From NCBI RefSeq assembly GCF_006345805.1, contig NC_043010.1, forward strand, positions 2,542,001-2,606,000: DNA of 64,000 bases. Reading direction: 5' to 3'. Each line of letters begins with the position of its first letter. Positions within the stretch are counted from its first letter, which is position 1. The DNA comes from Octopus sinensis (Eukaryota). The notes beneath the pieces are model-generated. The model was not told the origin of the DNA. It was given only the letters and a program-made list of their open reading frames with translations, and did no database searches. Of the stretch, positions 39,040-51,596 are shown in pieces. A program made the translations under genes and the position numbers.

Positions 39040-39285
39040 ATTAAGTCTACAACCTATGTAGATTGTACTTATTGTCAGGATTTGAACTCAGGTGCAAAGA
39101 GCCAAAACACACACTGAAAGGCATTTGGTCCAATGTTCTTCAGTTCTGTCAATGCACTGCCCTGGATTAGAACTTAATTTATCAACCCCAAAAGGTCGAA
39201 AGCAAAATTAACCACAATAGGATTTGAACTCTGAGTGCAGAGTGCCAGAGCATTTTTGTCCAACATTCCTATAATCCTGCCAATT
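39040..39285 (-). mobile_element. Two decayed tandem SINE B fragments
   Basis: ggatttgaactc occurs twice, with catttt[g]gtccaa downstream of each. Confidence 0.55.
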
Positions 39286-39760
39286 CTCCATCTGTACAGG
39301 GAAAAATGTGTGTATATGTAGTAATGTGTGTAAATGTGAGTTGTACTGTGTTTAAAAGTGATACTGTGTATGTGTGTGTGTGTGTGTGTATGTAGTAATG
39401 TGTAGATGTAAGTATTAAGGTCTGTAAACATTTAGATATAATTATCTATATACATTCATAAATGCATGCGTGTTAGCACACACATACACTCACACTAATA
39501 TACATGCATGCAGACATGCAAGGATAAACATATACATGTTACCATACACTGATAGGTTAAATATACAATAAATGGCAGAATATGAAATGCAGCATTCAGA
39601 CCATCACCAAGAATGTTGACAGAGCAAAAGAAAATAGGGAGATCAAGGAAGATATGGGAAAGAGTGTTGAGGTAAGAGCACAGAGTTTAAAGTCTCAGAC
39701 AAGATAAAACAGTACATTATTTACATTTGACGGATATTTGTCCTCATCTTGTTTGTTGTT

Positions 39761-39806
39761 AACATAACGTTCCAGCTGATATACCCTCCAGCCTTCATGA
39801 GGTGTC
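39761..39806 (-). ncRNA. Degenerate minimal type-I hammerhead ribozyme-like motif (left arm)
   Basis: GACAC CUCAUGA A GGCUG-gagggtatat-CAGCU GGAAC GUU AUGUU; the core is mutated relative to CUGAUGA/GAAAC. Confidence 0.45.
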
Positions 39807-39853
39807 TTGGGGAAATTTCGAACCTGGGTTCTCATTCCTAAGGCATTTTTCGA

Positions 39854-39897
<44 letters not shown>

Positions 39898-40103
39898 TCA
39901 CTGCCTGGAATCGAACTCGGAATTTTGGGGTTAGTAGCCCGCACTCTTAACCACTACACCATATGCCTGGGCATATGGCATAGTGGTTAAGAGCGCAGGC
40001 TACTAACCCCAAGATTTTGAGTTTGATTCTAGCTAGTAACTTGAATAATAATAACATTGAAAAATACCTTAGGAATGAGAACCCAGGTTTGAAATTTCCC
40101 CAA

Positions 40104-40149
40104 GACACTTGATGAAGGCTGGAGGGTATATCAGCAGAAACATTGTATT
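40104..40149 (+). ncRNA. Degenerate minimal type-I hammerhead ribozyme-like motif (right arm)
   Basis: GACAC UUGAUGA A GGCUG-gagggtatat-CAGCA GAAAC AUU GUAUU; its mutations fall at different positions from the left copy. Confidence 0.45.
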
Positions 40150-40339
40150 AACAACAAACAAGATGAGGGCAAATATCCATCAACTGTAAATAATGTAAAA
40201 AATATACGAAATTCCTCATCTCTTAAATATAGAACTGCGAGATAAAACAGGATCAATTAAAGTGGCAATGTGCCCTACTGTAAATGCAAAAAAAGAAAGA
40301 GGAAAAAAGACTTATATCAGCAATAATAACTCTTTATAA

Positions 40340-41160
40340 ATTTGGCACAATGCCAGTAATTCTCAATGGTGGGATAGTTGATTACATAAATCCGAGTACT
40401 TGTCTGGTACTTTATTTTATTGACCCTGAAAGGATGAAAAGCAATGTTGACCTTAGAGGTATTTGTACTTAGAACACAAAGTGTCAGAAGAAATGCTGCC
40501 AAGCATTTTATCTGACACAATCACAATTCTGTCAGCTCACCACTTTTCATTAATGATGATGATGATGATGATTTCAAATTTTGGCACAAGGCCGGCAATA
40601 TATTGGGGGAGGGGGTAAGTCAACTTGTACCTTTCTTTTTTATCGACCCCAACAGGACGAAAAGCAAAAGTGGACCTCAGCGGAATTTGAATTCAAAACA
40701 TTACGACAGAAGTTTGCTGCTAAGAAGTTTGTCTGGCAGTATTGCTCTATACCTAGCGGTATTGCCAATCCAAGTCTTTCTGGAGGTTATCCATAGTACT
40801 CAATCTGAAAATCCTCTGGAATAGACCAGCTATTTCAATTTCATCTATACTCAAGAGTTTCACCAAAAATGCTATCACTCTTCCCTGCTTTATAGATTGT
40901 TTAAAAAGGGTAGATTATACATTGCTTGTATAAGAACTTTGATGCTGCTTGGTAGTAACACAGCAATTTCGAGGGGAACAGGGCAAGTTGATTCCATCAA
41001 CCACAGTATTTGTCTAGTACTTCATTTTATCAACCCCAAGAGGATGAAAGGCAATGTTGACCTGAGCAGAATTTGAACTCAGCATGTAAATAGCTGGAAG
41101 AAATGTTTTCCATTGCACTAAGCATGTTTTCCATTAATGATTCTGCCAGCTCACCACCTT
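40340..41160 (-). mobile_element. Cluster of three SINE B copies (about 40340-40545, 40575-40780, 40960-41160)
   Basis: Each has the aaaggatgaaa[a/g]gcaa..gacc..gaatttgaa core. Confidence 0.75.
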
Positions 41161-42167
41161 CATAACTGTTATAGATTGCTAACAACCATATTGCCCAGCA
41201 GGTAGAGAGTGAGAAGTTAGGTTTAGTCTTTGCTTAAAATAGGATTGCCATTCTGTCGAAGAGGCAAAAAACATTTTCCCTAACAAACAAAGAACACACC
41301 TGCTCACCATGCAAATGGCTTTCATTCTCTCATATTTTAGTGCACAACCTTGGTTTTGGGAATGCAGTTTTTGTTTCACACTGAAGAAATATTTGAAGAT
41401 CATAATCACTCCTAATGCCTTCCCTTATTGCCTCTTCTAATTTTCTATCTCTTTAATCTATTCCTTTTCATCACCTGTTCTGTGCTGAACATTATCAAAT
41501 ATATTCAAATTGTTCTCTTCAGGACACCACACCGTTGGTTATTGAGGATTTGCCGTGTTAAATGCCACCTGAATAACACACAAATCTGAAAAATGTAACC
41601 TCTGCCTACTAAGAAGATATCAACATATCCCAGTAACCAGGTCATGTCTATGAGCCGTCAAAGTTGACCCTGCAGATCACAAATTTGTGACCTGTGTAGC
41701 CAACCAGCTTAACATATAAATACCATACTTTGTCCACTGACTTAATGAAAACTTTATCTAGGTACAATATGGATTACTCGCGGTGGTTGTTCCATATCCA
41801 CACTAGTACATTCAAGAAATCCATTCTGTTAGAGAGAACGAAATTTCTGGGTTACGAATGTCCAAGGTTGTTACATTCACAACTTCTATGGCTTCAACCC
41901 ACATAATCCCAACATGTGTCTAAAATCAATTTCAGTCTCCAACAGATACTAAAGAATGCAACATTCCAAAGAAAGCGTCTACATACCTGAAGAATCCCAT
42001 CCAACACGGAGAATTGGTGACCACTACACTGAATAGTTGTTTTTACCGTCGTTCATATTCAGTACCATGAACTTACTGAGAAAAGGATAGATTACACATT
42101 GTTTGTATGTGAACTCTGATGCTGCATGGCAGTAACACAGGTTATTGAGTGCAAAGGAGACGTGAAT

Positions 42168-42470
42168 GATCATCATCATCGTTTAAACGTCCATTCTCCG
42201 CGCTAACACGGGTTGGACGGTTCGACCGGGGTCTGGGAAGCCAGGGGCTCCCTTCCTAACGCCAACCACTCCGCGAGTGTAGTGGGTGCTTTTCACGTGC
42301 CACCTGCACAGGTGCCAGGGGGGTCCGGCATCGGCCACGATCGGTTGGAGAATTTAACATGCCACCGGCACGGAAGCCAGCCAAGGCGGCGCTGGCAACG
42401 GCCACGTTCGGATGGTGCTTTTTTATGTGCCACCGGCACTGGAGCCAGTCGAGGCAGCACTGGCATCGGA
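42168..42470 (-). mobile_element. Repeat family C, young copy
   Basis: Nearly identical to 33766-34080 apart from an internal deletion of about 40 bp after ccaggggct. Confidence 0.88.
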
Positions 42471-42524
42471 GAAATAGAGTATGTTCAATTGAACATGTTA
42501 TGGTAGATGAGTGACTCAATACAG

Positions 42525-42820
42525 GTGGCCTGAAACATAAGCTGGGACAAAAAGCAATCAGATGCAGTAAGAGGGTCAGCTGCATTGGTACCAGCTTTTG
42601 AAGTTACCAAATGGATGATAATAGATGGGTAAAGAAGTGCCAGAAGACTGAATTGGAAGGAAATTGTATGAGAAGAAGATCAAGGAAGACATGGGCAGAA
42701 GTGGCGAATGCTGATCTCCAGTTGCTGAACCTCACAAACGAGATGAAGGAATGCAACAAATGATAAGAAACTTAGAGAAGACCTGGCCACTCAGACAAGT
42801 GTAGAAAAGCAGGCATAGAA
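42525..42820 (+). mobile_element. Old RTE LINE 3' fragment
   Basis: ..MDDNRWVKKCQKTELEGNCMRRRSRKTWAEVANADLQLLNLTNEM.. Confidence 0.7.
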
Positions 42821-43409
42821 ATGGAGCTGAGCTACCACTACTGTTGCTGAAGATGATAACGATGTATATTATTATTATTATACATGGTAAGCCAAATGTT
42901 TGCCCAGATACAAAGTGAACCAAACTTGTTTTTTCAGTTGACAGTATTTTAGAATTCATTTGAGATAATGAAGTCATCAGCAAATAGACTTTGGGAGAAG
43001 CTACTGTTCTGTGGTAAAATAATCGCATATATAAAGACAGCATCTTATCAGTTCTTGATTAAAAAGTCTGGTTGTCAACAGTTCACAGAAGGATACGAAC
43101 TGTTCTCTATAGAACGGCAAAATTTTAACCAATTTCATAGTTCTCCGCTAAGTTTACTTCACTACAAGGTTCAGTCTTTGTTGCAGTGTAGTGGTTTGTG
43201 TATTTCAATGACCCTGAAAGCTATGACAGAGGAGTGCAAGCTCTTGGTAGGGCCTCCACTGCTGGATAGATCAAAGGATAGAGGCCAAACTAATATGAAC
43301 TACCTCTTCCTAGAGATTAAAATGGGTTTTCTTAAGGTTAATACGCTTACCAGGAAAAAGCAAAGACACAGAAGCACTGATGATAAATCAAAGCTAATAG
43401 TATCTTCTG

Positions 43410-43700
43410 TGTGGAAGCATGTGGCTTAGTGGTTAGAGAGTTCAAACAGCAATTGTAAGATTCTGGTTTCAATTCATGGACCAGGTAATGTATTGTGTTC
43501 TTGAGCAAAACACATCACTTCACATTGCTCCAGTTCACTCAGATGTAGAAATGAGTTTAGCCTGAAGAGGGATGGGCTCTGCCAAGCTTTCTTGCCCAAG
43601 ATATGGTGCATGGCTGCAGTACCCAGATGACCCACTAGGGTTAAGTACTTGTCATTATCAATGTCTTCCACCAGGGAAACATATGATGCAGTGCAGCAAA
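43410..43700 (+). mobile_element. tRNA-derived SINE, separate family (E)
   Basis: A box gtggcttagtggttag, B-box-like ggtttcaattc, then gtgttcttgagcaaaacac...gctccagttcactcag. Confidence 0.65.
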
Positions 43701-46700
43701 ATCCAAAAGAACACAACTGAAAAAGTAGGGACCCAACTAGAGAAAAGCAGAAATGACACTCTTGGGTCAAGAACAGTGGAGAAAACTCATCAGTGGCCTA
43801 TGCTCCAGAGTGAGCAAAGGGCTTGGGCCTAAGTTCTGACAGGGCTCAAAGTTTCATTCTTTTCTCTTTCAGAGTAATGGTCATCTGTTCCTTATTAGGA
43901 GCAGGATCACTGGGATTCTTCAAGCATCTAGAAGCTTTGCTTGGAAATTCCCATACTTTAGTATCTGTGGCTATACTAGGGGCACTACCTTAGAAGGTTT
44001 TACTGGACCCTCTCAAGTACCAATTTCAGTCTGGTGTTTAACTAGTTGTTATATTGAACTATTTCTGTCGAGTGATTAAGATTATTTTTTTTTTTAAATA
44101 ATACTAGCTTTAATTGGCAGTACTGTATCAAACACATAAATGCATGCTCTCACTCTCTTCTCTTTCACATATATGAAGGGCTTCTACACAGTTTCTGTCT
44201 ACTGATTCCCAATCACAAAATATTGGTCCATAAAAACGTTACAGAAGAAAACATGAGCCTATGGTGCCATGCATTGAAATCAAGCCCAGAACAACATGGT
44301 AGCAAAGTGAACTCAGGTGGCAATTCCTGTGACAAATTACCATTCTGCTAGAAATACAAATGTGTATGCTCTGTGATACAGCAAAAAAAACAATTTGCTC
44401 CATTAGCTTACACACATGAGCTAAGTAGTATTTCTTACATCCCGTAGCATGTTATTTTCTCAGCAGAATTGCAAGAATGAGTCAAAATTCACAAACAATA
44501 ATGATTCCAAAAATAGTTTTTTTTACATTACCTATGGCATTTTGCAAAGAATTTGAGATAAACCCATCGAATTCATTTCACAGCAAATTTATACAAGCAC
44601 ATTTTATACACAGACACAGTCATATGGACAGACAGGTGAACAAACAAAAATATAATTTTAAAATATACTTCAATAAACTGACAAAAGTTGGGTGGGGGAT
44701 ACTTAGGAAGGAGAGCAGCAAGTTTGCCCCTTTCAGAGCCTCCAAAAGTGGAGGGAGATGGGAGAAGTTATATTAGACAAGAAACCTGGTCAAATTGCTT
44801 GTAAGAGAATGGACTCTGCTATGGTACCCCAAAACTAGATAATGGCAATGGATTAAACCTGCCACAAGAGAACAGAAACAGCCCCAGAATCTGACTTTCT
44901 TATAGCGTCCATCAAACAAATTTCACTCACAAGAATTTGGTCAACCAGAGGCTACCATAGAATACTCTCACCCACAGTGCCATGCAATGGGATTGAGCAC
45001 AAAATGAAATAATTGCAAAATTTCTCCTTAACCCCACAACTACACCAGCTTAAATATATATAAAGGGAATAAATTATACTATATTATCATATATTAAAAT
45101 AATAAAATATCATGATATAATACAATGTATTATGTCTATATATGTATAGATGTGGGTGTGTATGTAAATGGTGGGTCACAAGGGTGTCAGTGCATATCAA
45201 CAACAATTTGTGGTTGAATAAAAGCAGCAAACCCATTAAGAAGATTCAAACCACACATCTCTTGATTACAAATCAAACACGCTAGCATTTACACTATACA
45301 AATAAATAAATATATACATAAATATATCTATACACACACACGCACACACACTTGAGCACACATAAATATATTTGTCTCTATATACACATATATCGTCAAG
45401 TACGTTCACGTTTAGGTAGACATGAGTATATCATATCTTTATCTATCCATCTATCTATCTACATATATATATATATAGTATTACACACAAGCTCACGCAT
45501 AAATATAAGTGGACACAGATATACATAAATGTATATTATTGTGTGTGTGTGTGTGTGTGTATTACCTGTGGAAGAAGTATATATATTTGAATAGTTATAT
45601 TTTTTATGCATATTTTGTGTGTGTGTATAAAAGATATGCATACATTTATGAACTGTTATATGAATTTTTTATACATGATTTTTATTTTGTATACATACAT
45701 ATATGTGTGTGTACAAAATAAAAAACACATAACTATTCATAAATATATACATATATTATACAAGTGTATATACATGTGTATATATTTATGACAATGCATA
45801 AATATATACACACGTACAGGAAAATACAAGAAAAAAAAACACATGCATTAACAGATGCACACAAAGGATAGTGTTGAGTTAATCAATGAACTTCTTTGAC
45901 ATTGTTTATCATGAATATATAATGGGGTGGTAAAGGAAGAAAAGAAAAAGGGACGTGTGTGCGTGTGTGTGTGTGTGTGTGTGTGGACAGGAATAGCAGA
46001 ATATTTATCTCAAACATAGTTGTAATTTGCAAAGGGCGTAAGAGGAAAATAAGCAAAAAATTCCGTCATCAAAATATATAGAATATTGATGAAATATTTC
46101 TGGGTAACGTTATGACTTCACAGAAGGTGTTTGCAGCAACCAATTTTTTTATTATTAGTTTTTTTTGGGGTTTTTTTTTGCATTTATTTTCATTTACTTT
46201 ATTCATTTATTTACCTTTTTTTGTTTTTTTTTTCTTTTTGACTTGCTAACAATAGTTCCATCAGGGAAGTTTGCTAATCATCGCAAGGTGCCATATTGGT
46301 TGTCTGCTGACAACGTACAACAGAAGATATAGGAAAACTGCCTCCACCCCCCCCCCCACAGGTCAAAGAACGGTGATATAAGTGGGAGTGGGAACAACAA
46401 AGATTAAATATTTAATAAGTGTTTGTCTATATTTTCCTTTTATGATGATGATGATGATAGTAGTGCTGATGATAATGATGAGTATGGTGCTGATGATGGT
46501 GAATGTACTGCTACTGATGATGATGCTAAAACTCAACACTGTACTATGTGCACATGTGTTGGAGCCTCTGTTATTTTCTGTGTGTATGTTTACATGCACA
46601 AACACATACATATATACACATACAGCCTCCTCTATGTGGATGACTGGAAAATATTTGCAAAGTGTAATATCTAGCTGGTTGTTAAAACCCGCCAAAAATT

Positions 46701-46719
46701 GTTTATAAATTCAAGCAAA

Positions 46720-47085
46720 AAGGAATCTGGGATGCAGCAAATATGCAACAGCTTCTATATGAAAAAGTAAATCAACTACTAAAACTGTAAACATAAAAAT
46801 TGAACAGACACTGAGTCAGAGAACTACCATCAGAGATATCCATACAAATATTTAAGAACTGATGAAACTTAAAATGCAACATGCAGAAATGAAGGGGAAA
46901 ATTGGAGAAGAGTAATTATTAAAAAAAAAGTCAGATTGATAAAAAAAATCTCAACTCAATGCTAACAATAAGATTGTGGGTACAAATATGTTAGCAATCC
47001 CTATTTTAAACTGGGGCTTCAACAGAAAGAATGAATGGAAGAGCTGAGACAGAAATATCAGGAAGCTACTGATAGCTTCCTAAAG
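46720..47085 (+). mobile_element. Decayed R4/NeSL-like non-LTR retrotransposon RT C-terminal fragment
   Basis: ..YKYL.. followed by ..QLNANNKIVGTNMLAIPILNWGF..RNIRKLL, resembling the LNxxNKxxAINxxAxPxL motif. Confidence 0.5.
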
Positions 47086-47317
47086 TCTTCTCTCCCACCC
47101 TCACTGAAAGACAAAAAAAAATTATATTGATCGAATATTCCTACCACACCCACAAGCAGAGTGGAGCCTGATACAAATAGAAGCCTATTACAACATAACA
47201 ACAGGGCTAAAAAAAATATTTAGAAGGGGAAGCTAATAGCTTCCCATCGCTTGTTTCTGAAGTATAATAAAGAAACAAAAGGGGAGAAAAAAAATTTCCT
47301 TTCTGTATATGAGGAAT

Positions 47318-47690
47318 AGGCATGACTGTTTAAGAAACTTACTTTGCAATCTTGGTGCTTGGGGTTCAGTCTCACTGCAGGACACCTTGGGTAAATGTCT
47401 CCTACTACAACCTTGGGCTGACCAATGCCTTGTGAGTGAATTTGGTAGATGGAAACTGTGTGGAAGCTTGTTGTGTGTATATATGTGTGTTTGTGTGAGT
47501 ATATGTGTGAGCATTCAAGTCTTTGTATTTGTCCCCCACCAGTACTTGACAACCAGTGTTGGTGTGTTTATGTCTCCATAACTTAGCAGTTAATAAGTAT
47601 TGGGTTCGATTTTGTTCAACTAAAACTATTCAAGTAGTGCCTGCCAGCATGGCCACAGCCTAATGACCGAAACAGGTAAAAGCTAAAGGT
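47318..47690 (+). mobile_element. SINE family A, full length
   Basis: Head, microsatellite and tail (ccagcatggccacagcctaatgaccgaaacaggtaaaag). Confidence 0.82.
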
Positions 47691-47781
47691 ATGTAACATA
47701 ATGATAAGGTATAAAGTGGAAGCAAAATACACTGAAGAAAAGATTAAAAACAAATGGAATTCCAAACCATGCAGAGGAAAC

Positions 47782-47832
<51 letters not shown>

Positions 47833-48274
47833 GGATCATTGTATTGCTGTATCTAAGAAGACTCACCAGAGAGGAAGTGAGCTATAGTGAAAGACAAATA
47901 AAAAAAAGTTCTAGAACTCTGGGCTAAAAGTAAGAAACAGCAAGTCTGATTTTGCATGGTATAACCACAAGCAGCAAGATTTTATCTTATACTTGTTTCA
48001 ATCATAGGATTGCAGCATCATGGTCTCTTATCTAAAGCACTGATTGAAAGGTGAAAAATTTTTCAAAATAGTATGACTTTGAAATTGAAGTAAAAAAAAA
48101 ATCTTGGGTAGTAAAATAAAAAAAAAAACTGCATCAATAATTGGAGCACGAAGTAGAATAAAATAAAAATATGAACAAAAACAAATGAACCACAATAAGA
48201 ATCCTAAAATTACAATTCAAAATATCTGCTCACCACAGCTCACATACTATGCCAGACACTTTTAATTTGATACC

Positions 48275-48509
48275 TATTTCTTTACTACCCACAAGGGGCT
48301 AAACACAGAGAGGACAAACAAGGACAGACAAGCGGATTACGTCGATTACATCGACCCCAGTACGTAAGTGGTACTTATTTAATTGACCCCGAAAGGATGA
48401 AAGGCAAAGTTAACCTCAGCGGAATTTGAACTCAGAATGTAATGGCAAATGAAATATGGTTACGCATTTCGTCCGGTGTACTAACATCTCTGCCAGCTCG
48501 CCACCTTAG
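48275..48509 (-). mobile_element. SINE family B, full length
   Basis: Perfect 15 bp TSD ttttaatttgatacc at 48260-48274 and 48510-48524. Confidence 0.92.
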
Positions 48510-48849
48510 TTTTAATTTGATACCACAATCCAAATGGTATACTCCTTACACACAACACATATCCTATACAATAAACACCAAATATATTAACACAATTTAC
48601 ACCAAATAATCAACATCCCATAAAAAACAGTACAAGGTATATTCTTACCTGACACTATAACAACAGTAACTCACATTCTACACAAATACCACACATTTAT
48701 AGTACGCAAGTCACACACATTATACATTCACTGCTTGACCCTATAATATGTAACATTAGTTATATATAACACAACACATACAAAACAAATTTGCTGGAGA
48801 AGAGCACTTTCTTCTCCATCCTCACTTTTTGGAAAAGTTGAAATGATAA

Positions 48850-49280
48850 TAAAGCTTTCTATTATAGGCACAAAGCCTGAAATTTTGGGTGGAAGAGCTA
48901 GTTGATTATGTTGATGCCATCATTCAGCAGGTATTTATTTCATCAACCCCAAAAGGGTGAAAGGCAAACTTAACCTGGGATAAAATTTGAACTCTATCTA
49001 TCTATCTATCTCTATGCATACATAAAGACAGGCAAAGTGCTTAGTGGCATTTTGTCCGGCAATGGTAACAATTTTAATAATAGAAATAAGTAGAAGAATC
49101 CTTTTGCATGTAAGCACAAGGTCTGAAATTTTGGGAGAGGTCTAGTCATTTACACCAACCCCAGCACTTGAATGGTACTTCCTTCATTGACCCCAAAAGG
49201 ATGAAAGCAAAGTCAATCTCATCAACATCGAAACCCAGAACATAAAGCTAGGAGAAATGCTGCTAAGCATTTTGTCCAGC
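48850..49280 (-). mobile_element. Two decayed SINE B copies
   Basis: aggcacaaagcctgaaattttggg...aaaaggatgaaagcaaagtc cores near 48950 and 49195. Confidence 0.65.
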
Positions 49281-49533
49281 TTTGATAATGAACATAGCAC
49301 AAGTTAAGCAATTTTGAGAAGTGGGTGTGTGTCGATTACATCAACCAACCTCTTTAGAATAATGTTGATAATGCTAGTTATAACAATGACATAAGGATGT
49401 TTATGATAATTTTTATGACAATAAAAGTAAAGATGATGTTGATAATATGAACAGCAGTGATGTTCTTGATAGCAATAATGACTATGATGATGAAAATGAT
49501 GATAATGAAAGGAACACACTTAGACACATAGTT

Positions 49534-50395
49534 AGGTGGTATCAAAAGATTCCTGGACTAGTTCTGTAGTACACCAACAGATGGCAGCATGGCTTCATGC
49601 ACATGAAGAGCTAGCAGTGACCTTCATGAGGCAGTGTGCTGAGCAACATTGCTGTGTTTACTTCACAAATTGTGAAATTTGTGTTTTTGTGATCAAGTGT
49701 ATGTTGTAGTCTGTGATTTTGTCATTGACAGAAAGTTGGAACAAAGAGCCAACATGAAATTTTGTGTTAAACTAGGGAAATCTGTTACAGAGACTTTGAG
49801 CATGCTTTGGCAAGCTAACAACGATGAGGCAATGGGTTGCACACAATGTTTCAAGTGGCACAGGCACTCTAAAAGTGAAAGAACATCCCTGGAAGACAAT
49901 GAACTATCTGGAAGACCTGCCATGAGCATCACCCCCAGAAATGGGGAGAAAGTTCATCAGCTTGTGCATGAAGACCATCAGAGGACAATTAACGATATTG
50001 CTGATGTTGTTGGTCTGTCGTATGGGTCTGTGCAGGCAATCCTAACATCTGAATTGAACATGCAGCATGTCTCTGCCAAGTTTGTCCCCTGCCTGCTGAT
50101 CACTGAGCCAAAAGAGCATTGCATCAAAGTCTGTCAAAATCTCTGATGACCCCCATCCCTCTTGTCAAGAATCATCACCAGTGACAAGAGCTGGGTCTAT
50201 GGGAATGACCCTGAGATGAAACATCAGTCGTTACACTAGAAAAGCCATTCATCTCCATGACCAAAGATGGAACAGAAGAACCACAGCTCAATCAAGAGCA
50301 TGTTCATCGTTTTGTTCAACATCCGTGGTACTGTACATCGAGAATTTGTCCCCCAGGGCCAGACCGTCAGTTGAGAGTTCTATGGCAACACTTTG
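49534..50395 (+). mobile_element. Mariner-like transposon, 3'-truncated; same family as 16823-17716
   Basis: The left TIR matches that copy. The ORF reads EQRANMKFCVKLGKS...SGRP...FVPCLL, then frameshifted IITSDKSWVYGNDPE (first catalytic D region). Confidence 0.9.
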
Positions 50396-50503
50396 ATTAC
50401 TGTTAGTTAATAAATGTGGCAATTCATGAAATCACTTTTGCTACTTGCAAACACTATGGAGTTCTGGAACCTCTTGAGGTCACCAACTGAAGTTGGATGA
50501 CTT

Positions 50504-50599
<96 letters not shown>
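50504..50599. repeat. (TAG)n microsatellite
   Basis: Direct reading of the sequence. Confidence 0.95.
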
Positions 50600-50763
50600 T
50601 TTGGTGTTACTGATTCAGTACTGACTTATTAGACATTGTAATGTTTCTCTTGTTCTTTCTCTTCCTCCCTTCCTCTGTTTATGTAAGTTTACTTCTCTTT
50701 AAGTGTATGAAGAGAGGGAAAGTGATTTGTGTCTTTCATGTTCAATGAATAAATTGTAATTGA

Positions 50764-50817
<54 letters not shown>

Positions 50818-51596
50818 CTCTATGCATACATTCCTACATGCACATGATGCATGTTTGCCTCCCACACTAAAAAGTACTGTGACCAAAACATGTCCAATGG
50901 CCAGTCAACACTTCCAAATCACTAACATCCAAATAGATAGATGAGCCAAATTGTCTCATTCCGTCCAAATACCTATATCATTATCATTTTGCTATTGTTG
51001 GTCAGACCATTTAACTGTAAATATTTACCATGTGGTGGTACAACTGATTTCTCATGTAGGTAGTGGAATCACTCAGTTATTAACATGTGTCTTATTAGTT
51101 TGTTGCTTGTAACACTGAAACAAGGAGCATCAATTTACACACTACCTTATAATAAGATGGAGAGATGACACTTCATTCACTTAGCCGTAAATATGTAATG
51201 CAAGCAAATATGCCTCACAAGAAGAAGCAGTACTACTGTGTATGTTTGAAAATTTCTTTTTAATTCATGCATGATTAAGTTTTAATCTTCCCAATTGCCT
51301 GGACAGAGATAGTTTTTACCAGGCTAACCAACTCCATTTTTCCAGCACAACAAAATTATCAAACATCTCTACATGCCAATGTACTTTAGTGATAACATTT
51401 TTTTAATCACACACACACACACCCAAGCAGAATCACCAATATACTTTAATATCTACACAGTTATAATTTAATGATAAAATAAATTAATAAACAGATTATA
51501 AAAATCAAAGTATTAACATGGTTCAGTACAATATTTTATTATGTTACTATTCAAATATAAACTTTTCTAAAGCTAAGAAGAGTAAAACTGACTCAC

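Larger units (their letters stand above)
39713..40237. mobile_element. Palindromic tRNA-headed element with Penelope-type hammerhead-like tails
   Basis: Arms 39713-39967 and 39970-40197 are reverse complements centred on atatgcctgggcatat. The right arm has an extra 40 bp. TSD caagataaaacag (39700-39712) and cgagataaaacag (40238-40250). Confidence 0.88.

Noticed and set aside
39890-40040. tRNA genes at the centre of the palindrome and at SINE heads
   Set aside because: A and B boxes are present, but there is no complete acceptor stem and the sequence runs on into repeat bodies. These are tRNA-derived heads, not tRNAs.
51573-51596. C-terminus VSQFYSS* of the 806-aa ORF as the real protein end
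   Set aside because: It begins exactly at a consensus GTGAGT donor and an in-phase exon exists downstream. An intron-retained isoform cannot be excluded.
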